Origin: Pristiophorus japonicus
Lineage: Eukaryota
Assembly: GCF_044704955.1 (NCBI RefSeq)
Contig: NW_027251843.1
Span: 806,001-870,000, forward strand
DNA length: 64,000 bases
Direction: 5' to 3'
The notes under the pieces are model-generated. The model ran no database searches. It was not told where the DNA came from and saw only the letters and a list, made by a program, of their open reading frames with translations. Below, piece by piece: positions 35,440 through 48,689 of this stretch. The position numbers were made by a program, and so were the translations under genes. Numbering within the stretch: position 1 is the first letter of the stretch; each line of letters starts with the position of its first letter.

Positions 35440-36910
35440 CTTGTGTCAAAAGTGGGAGAGCTGCCCCACAGACTAGTCAAGCACCAGCCTGACATCGTCC
35501 TACTCACAGAATCAGACCTTTCAGCCAATGTCCCAGACTCCTCCATCACCCGAGGTGGTGGCTCAGTGGTATACAGTCGGGAGGGAGTGGCCCTGGGAGT
35601 CCTCAACATTGACTCCGGACCCCATGAAGTCTGATGGCATCAGGTCAAACACGGGCAATGAAACCTCCTGTTGATTACCACCTCCCGCCCTCCCTCAGCT
35701 GATGAATCAGTACTCCTCCATGTTGAACACCACTTGGAAGAAGCACTGAGAGTAGCAAGGGCACAGAGTGTTCTCTGGGTGGGGGACTTCACTGTTCATC
35801 ACCAAGAGTGTCTCGGTAGCACCATTACTGACCGAGCTGTCCGAGAGCGGCGATGCTGACATTGCAATCCCAGGTACCGGAGGACTGGAGGACTGCAAAC
35901 GTGGTACCTTTGTTTAAAAAGGGAGAAAGGGATAGTTCAAGTCACTAAAGGTCAGTCAGCCTAACCTTGGGGGTGGGATAGGAGGAATCTTCATTGAACA
36001 AAACACGGATTAATCAAGGACAGTCAGCATGGATTTGTTAAGGGAAGGTCATGTCTGAATAACTTGATTGAATTTTTTGCGGAGGTAACCAGGAGGATCG
36101 ATGAGGGCAGTGCATATCATGTCGTGTGTATGGATTTTAACAAGGCTTTTGATAAGCTCCCACATGTCAGACTTGTCATGAAAGTAAAAGCCCATGGGAT
36201 CCAGGGCAAAGTGACAAGTTGGATCCAAAATTGGTTCAGAGGCAGGAAGCAGAGGGTAATGGTTGATGTGTGTTTTTGTGATTGGAAGGCAGTTTCCAGT
36301 GGGGTTCTGCAGGGCTCAGTGTTGGGTCCCTTGCTTTTTGTGGTATATATCAGTGATTTAGACTTCAATGTCGTGAGTATGATTCAGAAGATTGCAGATG
36401 ATACTAAAACCGGCCGTGTGGTTGATAATGAAGAAGAAAGCTGTAGACTGCAGGAAGATATCAATGACTGTATCGCAGCATTTTGTAATCTCTCCCCATT
36501 TAAATAATAATCTGCTTTTTTGTTTTTCCTACCAAAGTGGATAACCTCAAATTTTCCCACATTATACTCCATCTGACAAATCTTTGCCCTTTTATTTCAC
36601 CTGTCTATATCCATTTGCAGAATCGTTGCGTCCTCTTCACAACTTGCTTTCCCACCTATCTTTGTACATCAGCAAATTTGGTTACATTACACTCGGTCCC
36701 TTCATCCAAGTAATTTATATAGATTGTAAATAGTTGAGGCCCCAGCACTGATCCCTGTGGCACCCCACTAATTACAGTTTGCCAACCTGAAAATGACCCA
36801 TTTATCCCGACTCTCTGTTTGCTGTTAGTTAGCCAATCCTCTATCCATGCTAATATATTACCCACAATCCCGTGAGCTCTTATCTTGGGCAGTAACCTTT
36901 TATGTGGCAA
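35440..36910. mobile_element. Mosaic of LINE fragments: endonuclease piece (+), CR1 RT (+) and CR1 RT (-)
   Basis: DIVLLTES and WVGDFTVHH (endonuclease); ORF 36064-36507 (+) and ORF 36656-36988 (-) RT motifs. Confidence 0.8.
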
Positions 36911-37439
36911 GGACGGCAGGTTTCCTTCCCTAAAGGACGTCACTGAACCAATTGGGCTTTTGTGACAATTTGACAGCTTTGTGGTCACTTTTACTGAGAC
37001 CAGCTTTTTATTTCTACAATTTAAAAAAGAGCTGAATTGAAATAGTCAAAGGGCCATGGTGAGATTGTGGGGATTATTAGTGCAGGCCTGTGGAGTGCTC
37101 TGCAGCAACATAACCACAACACGACTGTACCCACAAGAGGTGCGTGTGCTGCTGGTGCCCGCGATCACAGGGCAATCATCGGCAAAGCAGCCCTGATAAC
37201 ATTCAACTTTGGCTTTACATTGATCATTGTCTTGGATTGGTGCTGGGCACATCTCCTTGGGTTCTGTCCTCGGGTCTGGTGCTCACATTGTGCATACTAT
37301 GGGGAGGTTGTGAGTGCATGATGTCACAATCAATGTTGACAATGTTCCTGTCTTGATACATTGAGTATTCCCACCACTTCAAAGTTCTTGCCTTCAGTGT
37401 TTCATTAACAGTACGATTTCTTCGGATGAGACATTAAAC

Positions 37440-39260
37440 CGAGGGTACAGAGGAGATTTACGAGGATGTTGCCTGGACTGGAGAATTTTAACTATGAGGA
37501 AAGATTGGATAGGCTGGGGTTGTTTTCTTTGGTACAGAGGAGGCTGAGGGGAGATCTGCTTGAGGTATATAAAATTATGAGGGGCTTGGATAGAGTGGAT
37601 AGGACGGACCTGGTTTCCTTGGCAGAGGGGTCAAAAACCAGGGGGCATAGATTTAAAGTAATTGTGGGGAGGTATAGAGGAGATTTGAGGGGAAATTACT
37701 TCACCCAGAAGATGGTGGGGGTCTGGAACTTACTGCCTGAAAGGGTGGTAGAGGTATCCTCCGCGAACGCCTCCCACTGCTCTGACATTGATTTACCTTC
37801 AAGTAGCCGTTTCCAGTCCACTTTGGCCAAATCCCATCTCAGCTCAGCAAAATTGGCTTTTCCCCAATTGAAAACTTTTATTCCAGGTCCACCTTTGTCC
37901 TTTTCCATAACTTCCCTAAATCTAACTGAATTATGATCACGAACACCAAATTGCTCTCCCACTGATACCCTTTCCACCTGCCCCTCTTCACTCCCCAAAA
38001 CCAAGTCCAGAACTGCCCCATCCCTTGTTGGACTTGTTACAACTATTTTGATGAAACGATGAATAAAGTGCCCCATTCTTAAAGGTGCACTAAAACCGAC
38101 ACATTAAACAAATTAAACTTTTGACATTTAAAGGATCAAATTAAAACTTGGTTGCCGGGGGTGATGACACACTCCAGTCCCTCTGGTGCCCACGTTTTGC
38201 GGAAGGCCGCGAGCGTACCGGTGGACACCGCGTGCTCCATCTCCAGGGACACCGTGGCTCGAATGTACCCGCAGAAAAGAGGCAGGCATTCGGGCTGAAC
38301 GACCCCCTCGACCGCCCGCCATCTGGTACACTTGTTACATACTGGCTAAAGAAGTTCTCCTGAATGCATTTTAACAATTTCTGCACCATTCACACTACTT
38401 TTTTCCCAGTTAATATTCGGATAGTTGAAATTCCCCACTATTACAGCTCTATAGTTTTTGCACTTCGCAGCAATTTGCCCAAATATTTGTTCTTCTATCT
38501 CCCTCCGATTGTTTGGGGGTCTATAGTACAGTCCCAGTAGTGTGATCGCCCCTTTTTTGTTCTTCTATTCAACCCATATGGCCTCGTTTGATGACCCCTC
38601 TAACATATCATCCCTTCTCACAGCTGCAATTGTTTCTTTAATTAATACTGCGATCCCCTCCTTTTTTATCCCCCTCTCTATCCCGTCTGAAAACCCTGTA
38701 ACCAGGAATGTTGAGCTGCCATACCTGCCCTTCTTTCAGCCATGTCTCAGTAATAGCTATAATATCGTACTCTCAAGTGTCTATCTATGCTCTCAGCTCA
38801 TCTGCCTTATTCCCTATACTCCTTGCATTGAAGTATATACCATTTCGCACTGCCAAACTGCCTTGTTGTCTATTTTCCAGCCCTTGCTTACTCTGTCTTG
38901 CAAATACACTTTCTACTTCTCTGCTGCCCAATTTCAGCTTTACTTCTCTCCCCACTGAATCTATTCTCCGGTTCCCATCCCCCTTCCAAGCTAGTTTAAA
39001 CCCTCCCCAACTGCACGAGCAAATCCCCCCCCATGAGGATATTGGTCCCGGCTCTGTTGAGGTGCAACCCGTCCAGTTTGTACAGGTCCAACAGAAATGG
39101 TCCCAATGCATCAGGAATCTAAAGCCCTTCCTCCTGCACCATCTCTCCAGACACACATTCACCTTCTCTATCCTCCTGTTTCTGTACTCACTAGCAGGTG
39201 CCTCCAGGAGTAATCCGGGGATTACTACCTTTGAGGTGCTGCTTTTTAATCTCTCTCCTC
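37440..39260. mobile_element. CR1 3' fragment (+) joined to a CR1 ORF1-end/endonuclease fragment (-)
   Basis: ORF 37466 (+); ORFs 37696-38076 and 38785-39264 (-) are homologous to 11760-12900. Confidence 0.85.
38042..38329 (-). mobile_element. 5'-truncated Tx1-clade LINE 3' end with a 10-bp TSD
   Basis: ACTTGTTACA at 38032-38041 and 38330-38339; minus strand reads CLPLFCGYIRATVSLEMEHAVSTGTLAAFRKTWAPEGLECVITPGNQVLI*. Confidence 0.7.
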
Positions 39261-39261
39261 G

Positions 39262-40092
39262 CATTCAGCCAGAAGTGCCGAGTGGATGATCCATATTGGT
39301 CTCCTCCTGATGTTCCCACCATCTCAGAAGCCAGTCTTCAGCCAATACAATTCACTCCACGTGATATCAAGAAATGGTTGAGCACACTGGATACAGCAAA
39401 GGCTATGGGCCCCGGCAACATCCTGGCTGTCATGCTAAAATCTTGTGCTCCAGAACTATCCGCGCCTCTAGCCAAGCTGTTCCAGTACAGCTACAACACT
39501 GACATCTATCCGACAATGTGTAAAACTGCCCAGGTATGTCCTGTCCACAAAAAGCAGGACAAATCCAATCCGGCCAATTACCGCCCCATCAGTCTACTCC
39601 CAATCATCAGCAAAGTGCTGGAAGTTGTCATCAACAGTGCTATCAAACGGCACTTACTCACCAATAACCTGCTCACAGATGCTCAGTTTGGGTTCTGCGA
39701 TGACCACTTGGCCCCAGAACTCATTACAGCATTGGTCTAAGCATGGACAAAAGAGCTGAATTCCAGAGGTGAGGTGAGAGTGACTGCCCTTGACATCAAG
39801 CCAGCATTTGACCGAGTGTGGCATCAAGGAGCCCATTAAACCTGAAGTCAATGGGAATCAGGGGGAAAACTCTTCACTGGCTGGAGTCATACCGAGCACA
39901 AAGGAAGATGGTGGTCGTTGTTGGAGGTCAATCATCTTAGCCCCAGGACATCGCTGCAGGAGTTCCTCAGGGCAGTGTCCTAGGCCCAACCATCTTCAGC
40001 TGCTTCACCAATGACCTTCCCTCCACCATAAGGTCAGAAGTGGGGATGTTCACTGATAACTGCACAGTGTTCAGTTCCATTCGCATCTCACT
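39262..40092 (+). mobile_element. Non-LTR RT fragment of a second CR1/Jockey-group family (3' part also at 51840-52515)
   Basis: LKSCAPELSAPLAKLFQYS...NYRPISLLPIISKVLE...AQFGF peptides. Confidence 0.8.
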
Positions 40093-40094
40093 GA

Positions 40095-41500
40095 ATCATA
40101 GAATGGTTGCAGCACAGGAGGAGGCCATTCGGCCCATCAAGCATGTGCCAGCTCTCTGCAAGAGCACTTCAGCAAGTCCCAATCCCCCTTCCCCGTAGCC
40201 CTGCAAATTGTTTACTTTCAGGGACTTATCCAATTCCCTTTTGAAAGCCACGATTGAGTTTGTCTCCACTAGGCTTTCAGGCAGCGCATTCCAGATCCTA
40301 ACCACTCGCTGTGTAAAAAAGTTTTCCCTCATGTCGCCTTTAGTTCTTCTGCCAATCACCTTAAATCTGTGTCCTCTGGTTCTCGACCCTTCAGCCAATG
40401 GGAACAGTTTCTATCTATCTACTCTGTCCAGACCCCTCATGATTTTGAACACCTTGGTCAAATCTCCTCTCAACGTTCTCTGCTCCAAGGAGAACAACCC
40501 CAGCTTCCCCAGTCTATCCACGTAACTGAAGTCCCTCATCCCTGGAACCATTCCTGTAAATCCCCTCTGCACCCTCTCCAAGGCTTTCACCTCCTTGGAC
40601 ACAATACTCCAGTTGAGGCCAAACCAGTGTTTTATACAGGTTCATCATAATTTCCACGCTTTTGTACTCTATGCCTCTATTTATGAAGCCCAGGATCCCG
40701 TATGCTTTCTTGAAATCGTTTTGTCAACCTGCCCTGCCACCTACAACGATTTGTGCACATATACCCCCAGGTCTCTATGTTCATGCTACCCCCTTTATGA
40801 TTGTAATCTTTAGTTTATATTTCCTCTCATCATTCTTTCTGCCGAAATGTATCACTTTACACTTTTTTGCGTTAAATTTCATCTGCCACGTCTACGCCCA
40901 TTCCACCAGCCTGTCTATGTTTTGAAGCCTATCAGCATCCTCCTCATTGATCACTGTACAGATTAAACCTCCCTTATCCGGAACCCTCGGGACCTGGCCT
41001 GTTCTGGATAAGGGATTTTTCCAGACGAAGGATGGTCATGTTAAATTGGATGGTACAGATACTGAGCAAGGGGTTATCGGGGCTGGCTGGCTTGGGGCTG
41101 AGAGTGTGGCAGAGAGATCATTAGGAGAGGCGGTGGATCACGGGGTCAGGCCAGCGATTGTGAGAGTTGGCAGTGAGGAAGGACTTCAATTTCTTCAATT
41201 TGTTCATGTCGGAGTGGCCGGGAATGGTTCTGGTCGAGGAGTGATTCCGGATAAGGGAATTCTGGATAAGGGAGGTACAACCTGTACTTTCCAAGTTTTG
41301 TTTCATCTGCAAATTTTAAAATTGTGTCCTGTGTACTCACATCCAAATCATTGATATTCACCAAGAAAAGCAGTGGTCCCAGTACCGACCCCTGGGGAAC
41401 ACCACTGTATACCTTCCTCCAGTCCGAAAAACAACCGTTCACCACTACTCTCCGTTTCCTGTCCCTTAGCCAATTTCGTATCCATGCTGCCACTGTCCCT
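40095..41500 (-). mobile_element. CR1 LINE RT and 3' end, interrupted by a MITE
   Basis: ORFs 41146-41553, 40411-40602 and 40096-40398. Confidence 0.85.
40959..41284. mobile_element. Tc1/mariner (Tigger/pogo-like) MITE with a TA target duplication
   Basis: TA|CAGATTAAACCTCCCTTATCC ... GGATAAGGGAGGTACAACCTG|TA: imperfect TIRs with internal GGATAAGGGA repeats. Confidence 0.8.
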
Positions 41501-41625
41501 TTTATTTGTTTTATTTGTTCCTGGGATGTGGGCATCGCCAGTAAGGCCAGCATTTATTGCCCATCCCTAATTGCCCTTGAGAAGAACCACTGTTCCTTTT
41601 ATTAATAGTGGTTTGTACAACTGAG

Positions 41626-42389
41626 TGGGGAAAGATTTTGTACAAGTTTGCTGTAACTTGACCAGATTTTATGTACCAGCATGCCTCGCGAGGCCAACAG
41701 GACTTTCTGCTGCACAAATGTCCATTAAAGCTGCTGAACGCTGCAAACTGTCCTGTGGTTGAGCTACTTCGAAAGCTGTGTTTCACAGGTAAGGGAAATA
41801 GTGGCCTTCAAACCATGAGAGCTTTGCGAGAACAGACCCAGAAACAGGAACATCAGCACACATGAAGTCTCCAGTTTTGAGGCCCACTGATTAACTGTCG
41901 AGTTGGTTGATCAGGAGAGGAGAAGAACATCTACGGCCATTACTCCCATCGAATGGGACACGGACACACTGAGGGACTGCCCATTACTCCCAGCGAATGG
42001 GACACGGACACACTGAGGGACTGCCCATTACTCCCATCGAATGGGACATGCACATACTGAGGGACGGCCCATTACTCCCATCGAATGGGACACGGACACA
42101 CTGAGGGACTGCCCATTACTCCCATCGAATGGGACACGGACACACTGAGGGACTGCCCAGTTTTGGGGTATAAAAAAAGCTGCGAAAGTTTGTAACAGTG
42201 CTATTAGAGGCTTATTTATAATCCAAGATTACTGTGTGTAACAGTACTATTAGAGGCTTACTTGTAACCTCTTGTTGATCTTAAGTAAAGAGAACTTATT
42301 CCAGAAATCTTTGTCTTGAGCTGTCTGTTCCATGGGTCCGAACTCTATAAACTGTTGGATGGGTGAGAGGTAAATTCACACATCTTGCA
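41626..42389 (+). mobile_element. Probable solo LTR with five 44-bp tandem repeats
   Basis: TG...CA ends; GCCCATTACTCCCATCGAATGGGACACGGACACACTGAGGGACT x5 (41936-42158); TATAAAA near 42168; AGTAAA near 42284; interrupts another repeat. TSD unclear. Confidence 0.6.
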
Positions 42390-43119
42390 GTGACTCACTG
42401 GGCCATTTCACAGGGCAGTTAAATGTCAACCACTTGAGGATGTAACTAGCAGAGTGGAGAAGGGAGAACCAGTGGATGTGGTGTATTTGGACTTTCAAAA
42501 GTCTTTTGACAAGGTCCTGCACAAGAGATTGGTGTGCAAAATCAAAGCACATGGTATTGGGGGTAATATACTGATGTGGATAGGGAACTAGTTGGCGGAC
42601 AGAAAGCAGAGAGTCGGGATAAACGGGTCCTTTTCAGAATGGCAGGCAGTGACTAGTGGAGTGCCGCAGGGCTCAGTGCTGGGACTCCAGCTCTTTACAA
42701 TGTACATTAATGATTTAGATGAAGGAATTGAGTGTAATATGTCCAAGTTTGCGGATGACACTAAGCCGGGTGACGGTGTGAGCTGTGAGGAGGACTCTAA
42801 GAGGCTGCAGGGTGACTTGGACAGGTTAGGTGAGTGGGCAAATGCATGGTAGATGCAGTATAATGTGGATAAATGTGAGGTTATCCATTTTGGGGGCAAA
42901 AACACGAAGGCAGAATATTATCTGAATGGCAGCAAACTAGAAAAAGGGGAGGTGCAATGAGACCTGGGTGCCATGGTTCATTAGTTACTGAAAGTGGGCA
43001 TACAGGTAGTAAAGAAGGCAAATGGTATGTTGGCCTTCATAGCTAGGGGATTAGAGTATAGGAGCAGGGAGGTCTTCCTGCAGCTGTACAGGGCCTTAGT
43101 GAGGCCTCACCTGGAATAT

Positions 43120-43473
43120 TGTTAGATCTCTTAATTTCTAATGAAATACGAACTCCGATTGTAGTTTTAATGTCACTTTATTTTTGGCAGCAGTAAGAAG
43201 CTCTTGGCTTTAAGCCAGGTCTTTGTCCTTCTGATATCACATGGTCAAAATGGCTGTACTTATACCTGGATCAATTTACAGAAACGAACTCGCTTCTTTG
43301 ACCTTATTGGCTCAATTAATAGTCTTTTAACCTTTCAATTGGCTCGCAACACAAAGTCCTAAAATGTCAAGTTGATTGATGACTTAATGCAACATGCTCC
43401 CACTCACGTCGCATCTCTGACTTGGTGTCTGTGAATTTTCACAGCCTGTCTGAATGCAGCCTGTTTGAATTCA
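43120..43473 (-). repeat. ERV 3' LTR
   Basis: About 13 substitutions and 2 indels against 50385-50745 (counted by eye). Preceded on the minus strand by the purine tract AAAGGGG. Confidence 0.95.
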
Positions 43474-43734
43474 CCCCTTTGATTATTTCACAAACTGAAT
43501 CATAAAACATCAGCTATCACTGGTTAAACATTCTACAAAATAATTTCATAGATTTTAATAGTGTCTCCTTCTAAAATTTGTTGATGTGTTTCGCCACTAG
43601 TAGCTTCGTCACAAATTTACACCAACCCGAATTCCATCGTGGCCACAATGGAAGTCTGGTTTTAGTAGGTTAATTAACCTTATTCCAATTTAATCCAAAT
43701 CAATATCTTAATTCAACCAGTAAACAACTTTCCC

Positions 43735-45086
43735 TTAAGCATAACATACCTCTGTGCCATGTACAGATGGTCTGCTGGGACCTGCAAGGTGTCTCACCTG
43801 CGGGACAGAAGCTAAAGTCGCCTGGTCACAACAACATTTAATCAACATAAACAAACAATATAAAAGTAAAATAATTACAACAAATATAATTAAACCTTCT
43901 ACCAATGAAGTTCCTATTGAACCTAGCCATTCAGTAGCTCCACTCCACAAAGTGAATGATGGGGGTTGCTTAAGTTTTTCTACCTCCTTTTGTATATGCT
44001 CCGTTAAGTGGGTAATTTGTTCGGAGCTATCTGGGATATATGTGCAACTCTCAGTTCCGAGTAGGGCGCAAGTACCTCCCTTTTCAGCCAGGATGTAATC
44101 AAGTGCCAGTCTATTCTGTAGGGCTACTGTGCTGATTGCTACCATTTCTGCATTGATTTTAACTCGGGCCTCTGAGGTATCATTGGCTACCCGTTCCACA
44201 ACCGATGCCATGTTAATGGATTCCCTTGCCAGTGTGGCGATCCCATAATTGGGGATCAGAATGGCAAAGAACCTCTCTGTTTCTGTGAAAGCTCTCTTAG
44301 GACGGTGTAAATGTTCCGACAGTGACTTTATATGATACATATAAGGCACAATGTAGGCTAAATAGCAGGATCCTGTCCAATTCTGGGGCAGCCAAGGGTA
44401 GGCCTTGTGGCCACAGACCCAATAGGTGCCATTATAGGCAATGACTGTCAGCTGTTTCTTTGTCAGCAACACTCCGGGGCCTGTCCAGGCTTTTCCATCT
44501 GTTTTATTCAGAATCCCCATTACGTTAAGAATTCCCACATCGGCCCAGCTTGGACGCTTCCGTGGCTTGATTATGTTATAATTCCGGGAGCAGTTACTAT
44601 ACCCCATATTTTGGCCTCCTTTCATGTTTATAATCAGACAGACCAATTCCCCGGGTCTTCCTATTCCCGTTGTATTAGTGACAACAAAAAATGGGGGCCG
44701 TTTGGAATTATTATAGCACGGTTGGTATCCCCCTTCAAAGGTAGTCAGATTGTAACCTGCTGACTTCCATTTACGTGCCCAGTTTTCCTGATCCTGAAAC
44801 GCATTGCCTGTTTTGTTTTGATTAATTATCCACTCAGCCATTTCCGAGATATTCAAGGAACTGGGCTCAAGGGAATCCCTTCCTTTGAGTGAATAGGAAT
44901 ATGCGCACACACCCAACAACTAGAAATGTTACCTTGTTTGCCATAAATGTATGACATATATAAAAAGGTATTTACATGTAATTCCCTTGCTACCCTACTA
45001 TTTCCCTTTGGTGCAGAGGGTCGGCTAGTAAGAAGTAGGCCTATGCCTAGAATACCTACAATCAGTAATACAGTAAATTTATATAT
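43735..45086 (-). pseudogene. env: ERV env, gamma-type, frameshifted near 44855
   Basis: Signal peptide (start codon now ATA) and CWVC in one frame; the second frame has the RPKR furin site, ISD LQNRLALDYILAEKGGTC, CX6SC in place of CX6CC, and a TM helix. Confidence 0.92.
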
Positions 45087-45110
45087 TTTGGCAAAAAGTA
45101 ATTGTCCTTA

Positions 45111-46098
45111 TTAGATTTCAGCTTCAGTTATGGGTGCTCGTTTAACGTGTGAAGCGTGGATCCAGGCTTTCTTTCCTTGGACTTTAACAGCTGCCTGAGT
45201 GGTCAATAACACTTGATAAGGTCCCTCCCACTTGGCACCCAAAGGTTCTTTATGCAATTTTTTCACATACACCCAGACTCCCAAGCTGCCAATACCTGTC
45301 GGGAAACAGAACTAATAGCATTGGTTAAGTTCTGACAGTATGATAACAAAGTGTCACTCATTAAGTGAACATCAGCTTTCCGTAAATCGATAGTTCCTGG
45401 CAGCGACATGGGTCTTCCTGTTATAATTTCAAATGGGCTTAGACCTGTAGTTCTGTTCGGGGTTGCCCGAATGCTACATAACACTATTGGTAGTGCCAGG
45501 GGCCATGATGTTCCTTCTTGGTGATATTTGGCAAGCCGTTGTTTCAGAGTTCGATTCATTCGTTCTACTTGTCCTGATGATTGTGAATGATAAGGACAGT
45601 GTAAATCCTACGTAATGTTCAGTAACCTACAGACTTCTTGGCAGACAGCACCTGTGAAGTGTGTTCCCTGATCTGAGTCAATGCTACTCGGGACTCCCCA
45701 TCGGGGAATGTAATCCTTACACAAGACCTTTGCAGTTTGATTGGCTGTGGCTCTTTTAGTTGGGACAGCTTCTACCCATCTAGAGAATCTGTCGACCATG
45801 ACTAGAATGTTAGTGTATCCTTGGCATGAAGGAAGAGATATATAATCAACCTGCAGATGCTGGAATGGTCCGACAGGGGCAGGGAGCCTCAGTTGATGGG
45901 TCCAGAATTATTTTTCTGGCAGACCATACAGCGGTCTGTTACCAGCTGGGAATGTTTTTTAAATCTCCAACCCCACCAGCTTTTCTGGAACCGCACCATC
46001 ATCTGTTGTGAGGCCAAGTGTCCCCACGAGTGGATCTGTTGGGCTAAAAAAGGCATAAGCGCTTGTGGCGCGACTGGCTTGTCGGTAACTCTTTGTCT
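45111..46098 (-). pseudogene. pol: ERV integrase region (disrupted)
   Basis: H...H...CxxC, VDRFSRWVEAVP, SDQGTHFTG, ERMNRTLK and the GPY motif [11 protein letters not shown]; contains stops and frameshifts. Confidence 0.92.
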
Positions 46099-48588
46099 TC
46101 AGACACCATCTTCACATAGCTTAATTCCTGCCTCAATCCATGTCCATTTTTCCTCTCGGGAGCACTCGCCTTGCATTGTTTGAAGGTCTCGTGTCAGAGT
46201 CCTGAGTGCTTTCAATCTGCACATCTGTGTTGGTTCTTCTGGAGGAACGCCCTGTGAGGCGGCATCTTTAGCTGCCTGGTCGGCTAGGGCATTTCCCTGA
46301 GCTTCTGTGGTATTTTCCTTTGTATGGGCCTTACACTTCAGGATGGACACTTCCTGAGGTAATTGTATGGCCTCCAGTAAGTCTCGGACTTCTTTTCCAT
46401 TTCGGATAGGTGTACCAGCAGCAGTGAGGAATCCTCTTTTCTGCCATAACAGACCAAAGTCGTGAACGACTCCAAAAGCATAACGTGAATCTGTGTAGAC
46501 ATTAGCTGTCTGTCCTTCTGCTATTCGACATGCTTCTGACAGGGCCCGTAACTCGGCCTGTTGTGCTGACGTTCCTGAGGGTAAACATCCTTTTGCCACT
46601 ACCTCATATAAGGTTGTAACTGCCCATCCTGCTTTTCTGGTACCATTGTCAACAAAGGAGGAACCATCTGTAAACAGGATGAGATCTGGGTTGTGTAGAG
46701 ACTTCTCTGCTGCTAAGGCTGCTTCTTCTGTTTCTTTTAAAATCTCCACGCAGTCATGCTCTTCACATTCTCCCCCGTCTTGTTCCCTCGATTCTGACAT
46801 CGGGAGCATAGTTGCGGGATTAACCGGGCTGGCCCGGACGATATGGAGATTTGGAGCTTCCAAAACTGCTGTCCAGCGGGTCCATCTAGCTGCCGTCACC
46901 TGAGACATTCTATTCATAGACAGCAAAGCATGTACGGTGTGGGGACACTTGACAATCAGCTTTTGGTCGAGGACTAGACCCGCAGTGATCATTACCGCTC
47001 GACATGTAGCTTCCATGGCCCTTAGGCAACTTCCCCATCCAAGGGCTACCGCATCCAGTTTTGCCGAATAATAGCCAATAGGTCTTTGCCGATCCCCATG
47101 GTCTTGTGTCAGTATAGCTGTCATATATCCTTCTTTCTCATGGACAAACAGGATAAATGGCTTACCACTGTCGGGGATTCCCAGAGCCGGTGCCGAACAC
47201 AAAGCCTTTTTCAAACTCAGGAAGGCCTCTTGTTGTTCCTTAGTGAGGGTGATGGCTTCTTTAGAGGCACGTTTCCCATTTAAAATATCATTCAGTGACT
47301 GAACAAGCTGTGTGAAGGAGTCAATCCAATTTCTGTTAAAGTTACACAATCCCAAAAAAGACCTTAGTTGCTGAATAGTGGTGGGTTTTTTAGCAGCCCG
47401 AATGGCTGCAGTTCTATCCTGGGTAAGTTCTCTCTTTCCTTGTGAAATCTTTTGTCCCAGGTATACAACCTCTTCTTGGGATATTTGTGCTTTGTCGATG
47501 CTGGCTTTATGTCCTTTCAGCCGAAGGTGGTCCAGCAAAGCTCGTAAATCTTGTTCATGCTGGTCTTCCGTGTTTGAAGCTAGCAGGATATCATCTACAT
47601 ATTGGATGACTGTGGATGACAGGGGAGGTAATTCTCGCAAATGGCTTTGTAAAGCCATGTGGAATACCGTAGGGCTGTTGTGGAAACCCTGCGGTAACCG
47701 GATCCAAGTATACTGTTGTCCTTGGACCGTGAAAGCAAACCACTGTCGAACCTCCGGTGCCAGAGGCACCGACCAAAATCCGTTGGCCATATCTATAACC
47801 GAGAAATATTTATGTTCCGGTTTGAGGGCATTATAAATGGTGGAGGGATCTGCGACCAAAGGAGCTTTTTGATCAATACACTGGTTAGCTTTCCTATAAT
47901 CGACAGTCAAACGCCAAGTCTCATTAGATTTCTGTATCGGCCACACGGGGCTATTGGAGGAGCAATGCATTTTAATAAGCACCCCTTGTTTCTCCAGTTG
48001 CTGAATAACCGGTAAGATTCCCGCGATGGCAGTTGGACTGATGGGATACTGTTTAGTGCATGGAGGCTTGGTCCCGGTAAATAACGCAGGCTCCATCTGG
48101 CGTAGGCCACAATCATTCTTATCTTTAGCCCATATTTGGTGTTCCTTCAATTCTTCTTTCTTCAAAGTTCCAATTGACCATGTCACCCGACCATCCTCGA
48201 AATGCAACGATGAATCTATTTGGATTAGAACGTCCATTCCCAAAAGAGGTTGATCTACTGGGCCTATCCAGACCAGCGTGGCTAGTTCATATGGACACAG
48301 CCCTATAAGTACCGGTGTTGTCCTTTTAATTTCCATTTTATGGCCCCCAACTCCATAGGCTGTACGTGCCCTACCATCCAACGGCAAAAAGTCTCCATAT
48401 TGTAGGGGTAAGCATGTTAATTCCGCCCCTGTGTCTAAAAGATAGCCCACATCCTTATCGCCCACCCTCACAGTTATATATAGCCCATCTCCCCTCTGTT
48501 GCATTAGTGCAAGGAGGGAGGCCAGGGTGGGCTCTAATTGTTTTTTGCTATCCCAAGTAACTCCTTCTGTTGTTGTATTGTCAGTCAC
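46099..48588 (-). CDS. pol: ERV protease-RT-RNase H open frame (829 aa, truncated by a stop before integrase)
   Basis: LLDTGA, DMANGFW, LPQGFHNSP, YVDD, FTDGSS, AELRAL, YTDSRY, GNALAD motifs. Confidence 0.95.
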   Translation of the reverse strand: MTDNTTTEGVTWDSKKQLEPTLASLLALMQQRGDGLYITVRVGDKDVGYLLDTGAELTCLPLQYGDFLPLDGRARTAYGVGGHKMEIKRTTPVLIGLCPYELATLVWIGPVDQPLLGMDVLIQIDSSLHFEDGRVTWSIGTLKKEELKEHQIWAKDKNDCGLRQMEPALFTGTKPPCTKQYPISPTAIAGILPVIQQLEKQGVLIKMHCSSNSPVWPIQKSNETWRLTVDYRKANQCIDQKAPLVADPSTIYNALKPEHKYFSVIDMANGFWSVPLAPEVRQWFAFTVQGQQYTWIRLPQGFHNSPTVFHMALQSHLRELPPLSSTVIQYVDDILLASNTEDQHEQDLRALLDHLRLKGHKASIDKAQISQEEVVYLGQKISQGKRELTQDRTAAIRAAKKPTTIQQLRSFLGLCNFNRNWIDSFTQLVQSLNDILNGKRASKEAITLTKEQQEAFLSLKKALCSAPALGIPDSGKPFILFVHEKEGYMTAILTQDHGDRQRPIGYYSAKLDAVALGWGSCLRAMEATCRAVMITAGLVLDQKLIVKCPHTVHALLSMNRMSQVTAARWTRWTAVLEAPNLHIVRASPVNPATMLPMSESREQDGGECEEHDCVEILKETEEAALAAEKSLHNPDLILFTDGSSFVDNGTRKAGWAVTTLYEVVAKGCLPSGTSAQQAELRALSEACRIAEGQTANVYTDSRYAFGVVHDFGLLWQKRGFLTAAGTPIRNGKEVRDLLEAIQLPQEVSILKCKAHTKENTTEAQGNALADQAAKDAASQGVPPEEPTQMCRLKALRTLTRDLQTMQGECSREEKWTWIEAGIKLCEDGV

Positions 48589-48689
48589 TTAAACACTTCT
48601 ATGAGGTCGTTAGCTTGTGACAAGCCTGGTTTGTTGGCTGAATGTATCCCTGGCTGCGTCCTCTTCCCCAGCCACGACCTTTCTGTTTT

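Noticed and set aside
41936-42158. CRISPR-like direct repeats with a palindrome
   Set aside because: Units are head-to-tail without spacers and sit before a TATA box in an LTR-like element.
43735-44919. Domesticated (syncytin-like) env from the 394-aa open frame
   Set aside because: The signal peptide and CWVC are in another frame, the start codon is lost and CX6CC is mutated; this fits neutral decay.
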